A DNA stretch of 64,000 bases. Origin: Balanoglossus misakiensis (Eukaryota > Animalia > Hemichordata). Every line of letters begins with the position of its first letter. The first letter of the stretch is position 1. This document shows, one piece after another, positions 63,301-64,000 of the stretch. The stretch spans positions 3,214,783 through 3,278,782 of the forward strand of contig CM082580.2 in the NCBI GenBank assembly GCA_040954595.2, in the 5' to 3' direction. Position numbers and translations under genes: made by a program. Below the pieces are notes generated by a model that was given only the letters and a program-made list of their open reading frames with translations, was not told the DNA's origin and did no database searches.

Positions 63301-64000
63301 GCACATTTTGACAAGAAATTGTGGAAGTAATACAATCACATGTGTCAAAGATCAGCATAGATCTCTAGAGCAAGTTTCATTAAAATGTCAGTGTCAGTGC
63401 AAAATGTCTCTCAATGCACTTGTATGTGAGATCAATAAGTATAGGTTATTGCACGAGTAACGGTGCCTTACGCACGTGTATCACCACACTTTTGGTCATT
63501 AGTTTGTAAAATTCACCAAGCCAAAACTCGGCAAATTTGTGGTATATTAAGTAGGTTATCATGATTCGTAACGGTGGGTTACTCTTGATATCACCACACA
63601 TTGTATTGTATCACAACATAAAATGCATTATGTTCATCCTGGCACAATTTTTCCTTGTCAAGTTTGTGTAATTCTGGACAAGAAAAACTAGCAAAATGGC
63701 CGCACGGTAGCCATGTTGGATCATTTTACAACACAAATTAACGTAAATCATTGTTCGTTGTTGTATTAAGACCAGGGCAGAAGAGTTTCAGGCATGTCAA
63801 ATGGCTCAGAAACTTAAAAAAATTGACAGTCACATTTTGATGATAATATTAAAATAGAAAATACATACATACATGTACGTATGTACATCTTAATACCCTC
63901 AAGCTTGCATTGAAATCAATCCAGGTACAGTATGTCTGAGTGTGATGGTCAGTAACACATGGATGGACAACTAGACTAGTCCCATGTACAATGTACTTCA

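Noticed and set aside
63600-64000. Possible Helentron-associated (HINE/DINE-like) repeat; similar motif at ~53760-53850
   Set aside because: Only loose motifs (ggatggac, tagtccc); boundaries could not be defined.

Overview
AT-rich, intron-rich genomic DNA from an invertebrate animal. (1) 1-29873 (+): the 3' part of TRRAP (FAT, pseudo-PI3K kinase, FATC), about 32 exons ending in ...DPAWHPWL*. A single-exon Toll-like receptor gene lies antisense inside one of its introns (6813-10370). (2) 32240-47292 (+): an intact, very young Ty3/Gypsy LTR retrotransposon with 802-bp LTRs, an ATTA target duplication, and gag/pol joined by a UUUAAAC -1 frameshift. Its 5' LTR is split after base 45 by a 7281-bp DNA transposon (32285-39565; 42-bp TIRs; 9-bp TSD ACTTTTCTA). 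That transposon carries a 7-exon gene of about 1280 aa fusing a Cys/His Zn domain, an Academ/DUF6589-like DDE transposase, a RING-H2 finger and a herpesvirus-tegument-type (C76/VTD) deubiquitinase-like domain. This is the most unusual object in the window. (3) 54236-56400 (-): the last two exons of a small RING (C3HC4) gene. Many MITEs (TA-, TTAA- and 9-bp-TSD families), L2 LINE fragments and microsatellites are scattered throughout. Family assignments come from motif recognition by eye; no database search was run.
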